Notes under the pieces: generated by a model
Database searches by the model: none
Told to the model about the DNA's origin: nothing
Seen by the model: the letters and a program-made list of their open reading frames with translations, nothing else
In this document: one piece after another, positions 62,328 through 64,000 of the stretch
Layout: each line of letters begins with the position of its first letter
How positions within the stretch are numbered: position 1 is the stretch's first letter
Assembly (NCBI GenBank): GCA_965214705.1
Contig: CBDCCI010000002.1
Coordinates: 1,088,001-1,152,000 of the forward strand
Direction: 5' to 3'
DNA length: 64,000 nucleotides
Source: Alphaproteobacteria bacterium
GTDB lineage: Bacteria; Pseudomonadota; Alphaproteobacteria; UBA828
Program-made: the position numbers and the translations under genes

Positions 62328-63163
62328 GATGCGCCAGCACCGCGCCGCCGGCCGCGCCCGAGATAGGAATCGATCACCCGCTGGTCTGCCTTGACCTCGG
62401 CCGGCGAGCCCTGGGTCAGCACCTTGCCCTCAGCCATGACGATCACCGGCTGGCACAGGCGCGTGATGAAGTCGATGTCGTGCTCGATCATGCAGAAGGT
62501 GTAGCCGCGCTCCCGATTGAGGCGGAGGATGGCGTCGCCGATGCTCCGCAGCAGCGTGCGGTTGACGCCGGCGCCGACCTCGTCGAGGAACACGATCCGG
62601 GGCTCGGCCATCATCGTCCGGCCGAGCTCCAGGAGCTTTTTCTGCCCGCCGGAAAGCGCGCCCGCGCGCTCGGTGGCGACCCGCTCCAGGCCGAGAAACG
62701 TAACCACGTCCCAGGCCCGGTCGCGTATCTCCGCTTCTTGGGCAATAACCTTGCCGCGGCGGAACCAGGCGTTGACCAGCGCCTCGCCGGCTTGTCCGCC
62801 GGGCACCGTCGTCAGGTTCTCCAGGACCGTGAGACTTGAGAACTCGTGCGCAATCTGAAAGGTGCGCAGCACGCCCCTGTGAAAGAGCTGGTGCGGCTTC
62901 AGGCCGGTGATCTCCTGCTCCTGCAGGAAGACCCGGCCTTCGGAGGGCGGATACACGCCGGCGATGACGTTGAAGAGGGTGGTCTTGCCAGCGCCGTTGG
63001 GGCCGATCAGCCCGGTGATCGACCCCTCTTCAATCTCCACGGTGACGCCGTCGACGGCGCGGATACCGCCGAAATGCAGATGCAGGTTCTCGACCCGGAT
63101 CATGGCAGGCGCGTCGTTCGCGCTGCCCTCCGGGGCAGGGGATGCGGCCGGCGGCCCGGTCAT
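62324..63163 (-). CDS. ABC transporter ATP-binding protein (LivG-like)
   Basis: FGGIRAVD, GPNGAGKTT, RTFQI, LSGGQKKLLELGR, LDEVGAGVN, IEHD. Confidence 0.92.
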   Translation of the reverse strand: MTGPPAASPAPEGSANDAPAMIRVENLHLHFGGIRAVDGVTVEIEEGSITGLIGPNGAGKTTLFNVIAGVYPPSEGRVFLQEQEITGLKPHQLFHRGVLRTFQIAHEFSSLTVLENLTTVPGGQAGEALVNAWFRRGKVIAQEAEIRDRAWDVVTFLGLERVATERAGALSGGQKKLLELGRTMMAEPRIVFLDEVGAGVNRTLLRSIGDAILRLNRERGYTFCMIEHDIDFITRLCQPVIVMAEGKVLTQGSPAEVKADQRVIDSYLGRGRRRGAGAS

Positions 63164-63196
63164 CGCTGCCCGAGCCGCCGTCCGTCATTGCGCGAT

Positions 63197-64000
63197 CTAG
63201 CGGATTTCCTTGGTCATGAAGGCGCCGCCCTCGACCTCCATCACCGCATAGGAGCCAGCGGCCTCGCCCACATCGGTGAGCTCGACGTTGGTCGCACCCT
63301 GATAGTCGATCTCGCCGCCGTCGGCGAGAATCTGCAGAGCCTTGCCGAGCTCACCCGGTCCGATCTGCTCGCCCGGCGCGTTGGCGACCTCCAGCACCTT
63401 GGACGCGGACGCGCCGCGATCGGCCGTGCCCGCCGCCTGCATCGAGAGCGCGATCAGCGCCGCAGCGTCGTAGGACTCACCGCGGAACGGGCCGTCGCCG
63501 TCCACGCCGTTGGCTGCCGCAAGTTCGACGAATGCCGCAGCGCCCTCGGAGGCCGAGCCCGGCGCGGTGCCGATCGTGCCGGTCAGCGCGTCGCCGATCG
63601 CCTCGATCAACGAGTCTCCGATCATGCCGTCGCCAACGATGAAGTTCTCGAAGGCGCCGGTGTCGACGGCCCCCTGGATGATCCCCTTGCCGCCCTGGTC
63701 GATATAGCCGAAGACCACAAGGTGTTCCGCGCCCGAGGCGGCGAGCGCGCCCACCTCGGCCGAATAGTCGCCTTTGCCGTCCTCGTGCGCCGCCGAGATC
63801 TCGACTGTGCCGCCGAGGGCGGCGAACGCCGCGCCGAAGCTGCCGTCGAGCCCCTTGCCGTAGTCGTTGTTGGTGTAGGTGACCGCGACGCTCATGATGC
63901 CCCGCTCGATCAGAACCTCGGCGAGCACCTGCCCCTGCCGTGCGTCCGACGGCGCGGTGCGGAAGAACAGGCCGTTGTCTTCGATCGTGGTCAGCGCCGG
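63197..64000 (-). CDS. Branched-chain amino acid ABC transporter substrate-binding protein (5' end beyond the window)
   Basis: The frame stays open to the window edge (PALTTIEDNGLFFRTAPSDARQG); NNDYGKGL, YDAAALI, IDYQGA. Confidence 0.9.
   Translation of the reverse strand, partial: PALTTIEDNGLFFRTAPSDARQGQVLAEVLIERGIMSVAVTYTNNDYGKGLDGSFGAAFAALGGTVEISAAHEDGKGDYSAEVGALAASGAEHLVVFGYIDQGGKGIIQGAVDTGAFENFIVGDGMIGDSLIEAIGDALTGTIGTAPGSASEGAAAFVELAAANGVDGDGPFRGESYDAAALIALSMQAAGTADRGASASKVLEVANAPGEQIGPGELGKALQILADGGEIDYQGATNVELTDVGEAAGSYAVMEVEGGAFMTKEIR

Overview
High-GC alphaproteobacterial chromosome segment, probably Rhodospirillales-like (inferred from gene families and gene order). No rRNA, tRNA, CRISPR array, IS or prophage was recognised. 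The left part holds the lysA 3' end, a zinc-ribbon gene, YdcF, plsC, class II ribonucleotide reductase nrdJ, DUF2125, an SDR, dusA, a hydantoinase/oxoprolinase A+B pair, kdsD-lptCAB, bioB-bioA, a TRAP transporter, an Ate/Bpt-type transferase and purD. The centre is the str-S10-spc ribosomal protein cluster (rpsL to secY-adk). It is cut off from its usual neighbours: rpoBC is not upstream and rpsM-rpsK-rpoA-rplQ is not downstream. The most unusual block follows adk on the same strand. It encodes a class II aldolase, a two-subunit N,N-dimethylformamidase-like amidohydrolase, a cobalt-type nitrile hydratase whose beta subunit is split into two translationally coupled genes, a P14K-like activator, a family III CoA-transferase and a stand-alone carboxyltransferase. 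This is a candidate undescribed nitrile -> amide -> acid -> acyl-CoA pathway that lacks the canonical amidase. The right part holds a TTC38-like TPR protein, MFS/DMT transporters, ibpA with an RpoH-like promoter and ROSE thermometer, and two convergent branched-chain-amino-acid-type ABC operons. All calls come from motifs recognised by eye; no database searches were run.
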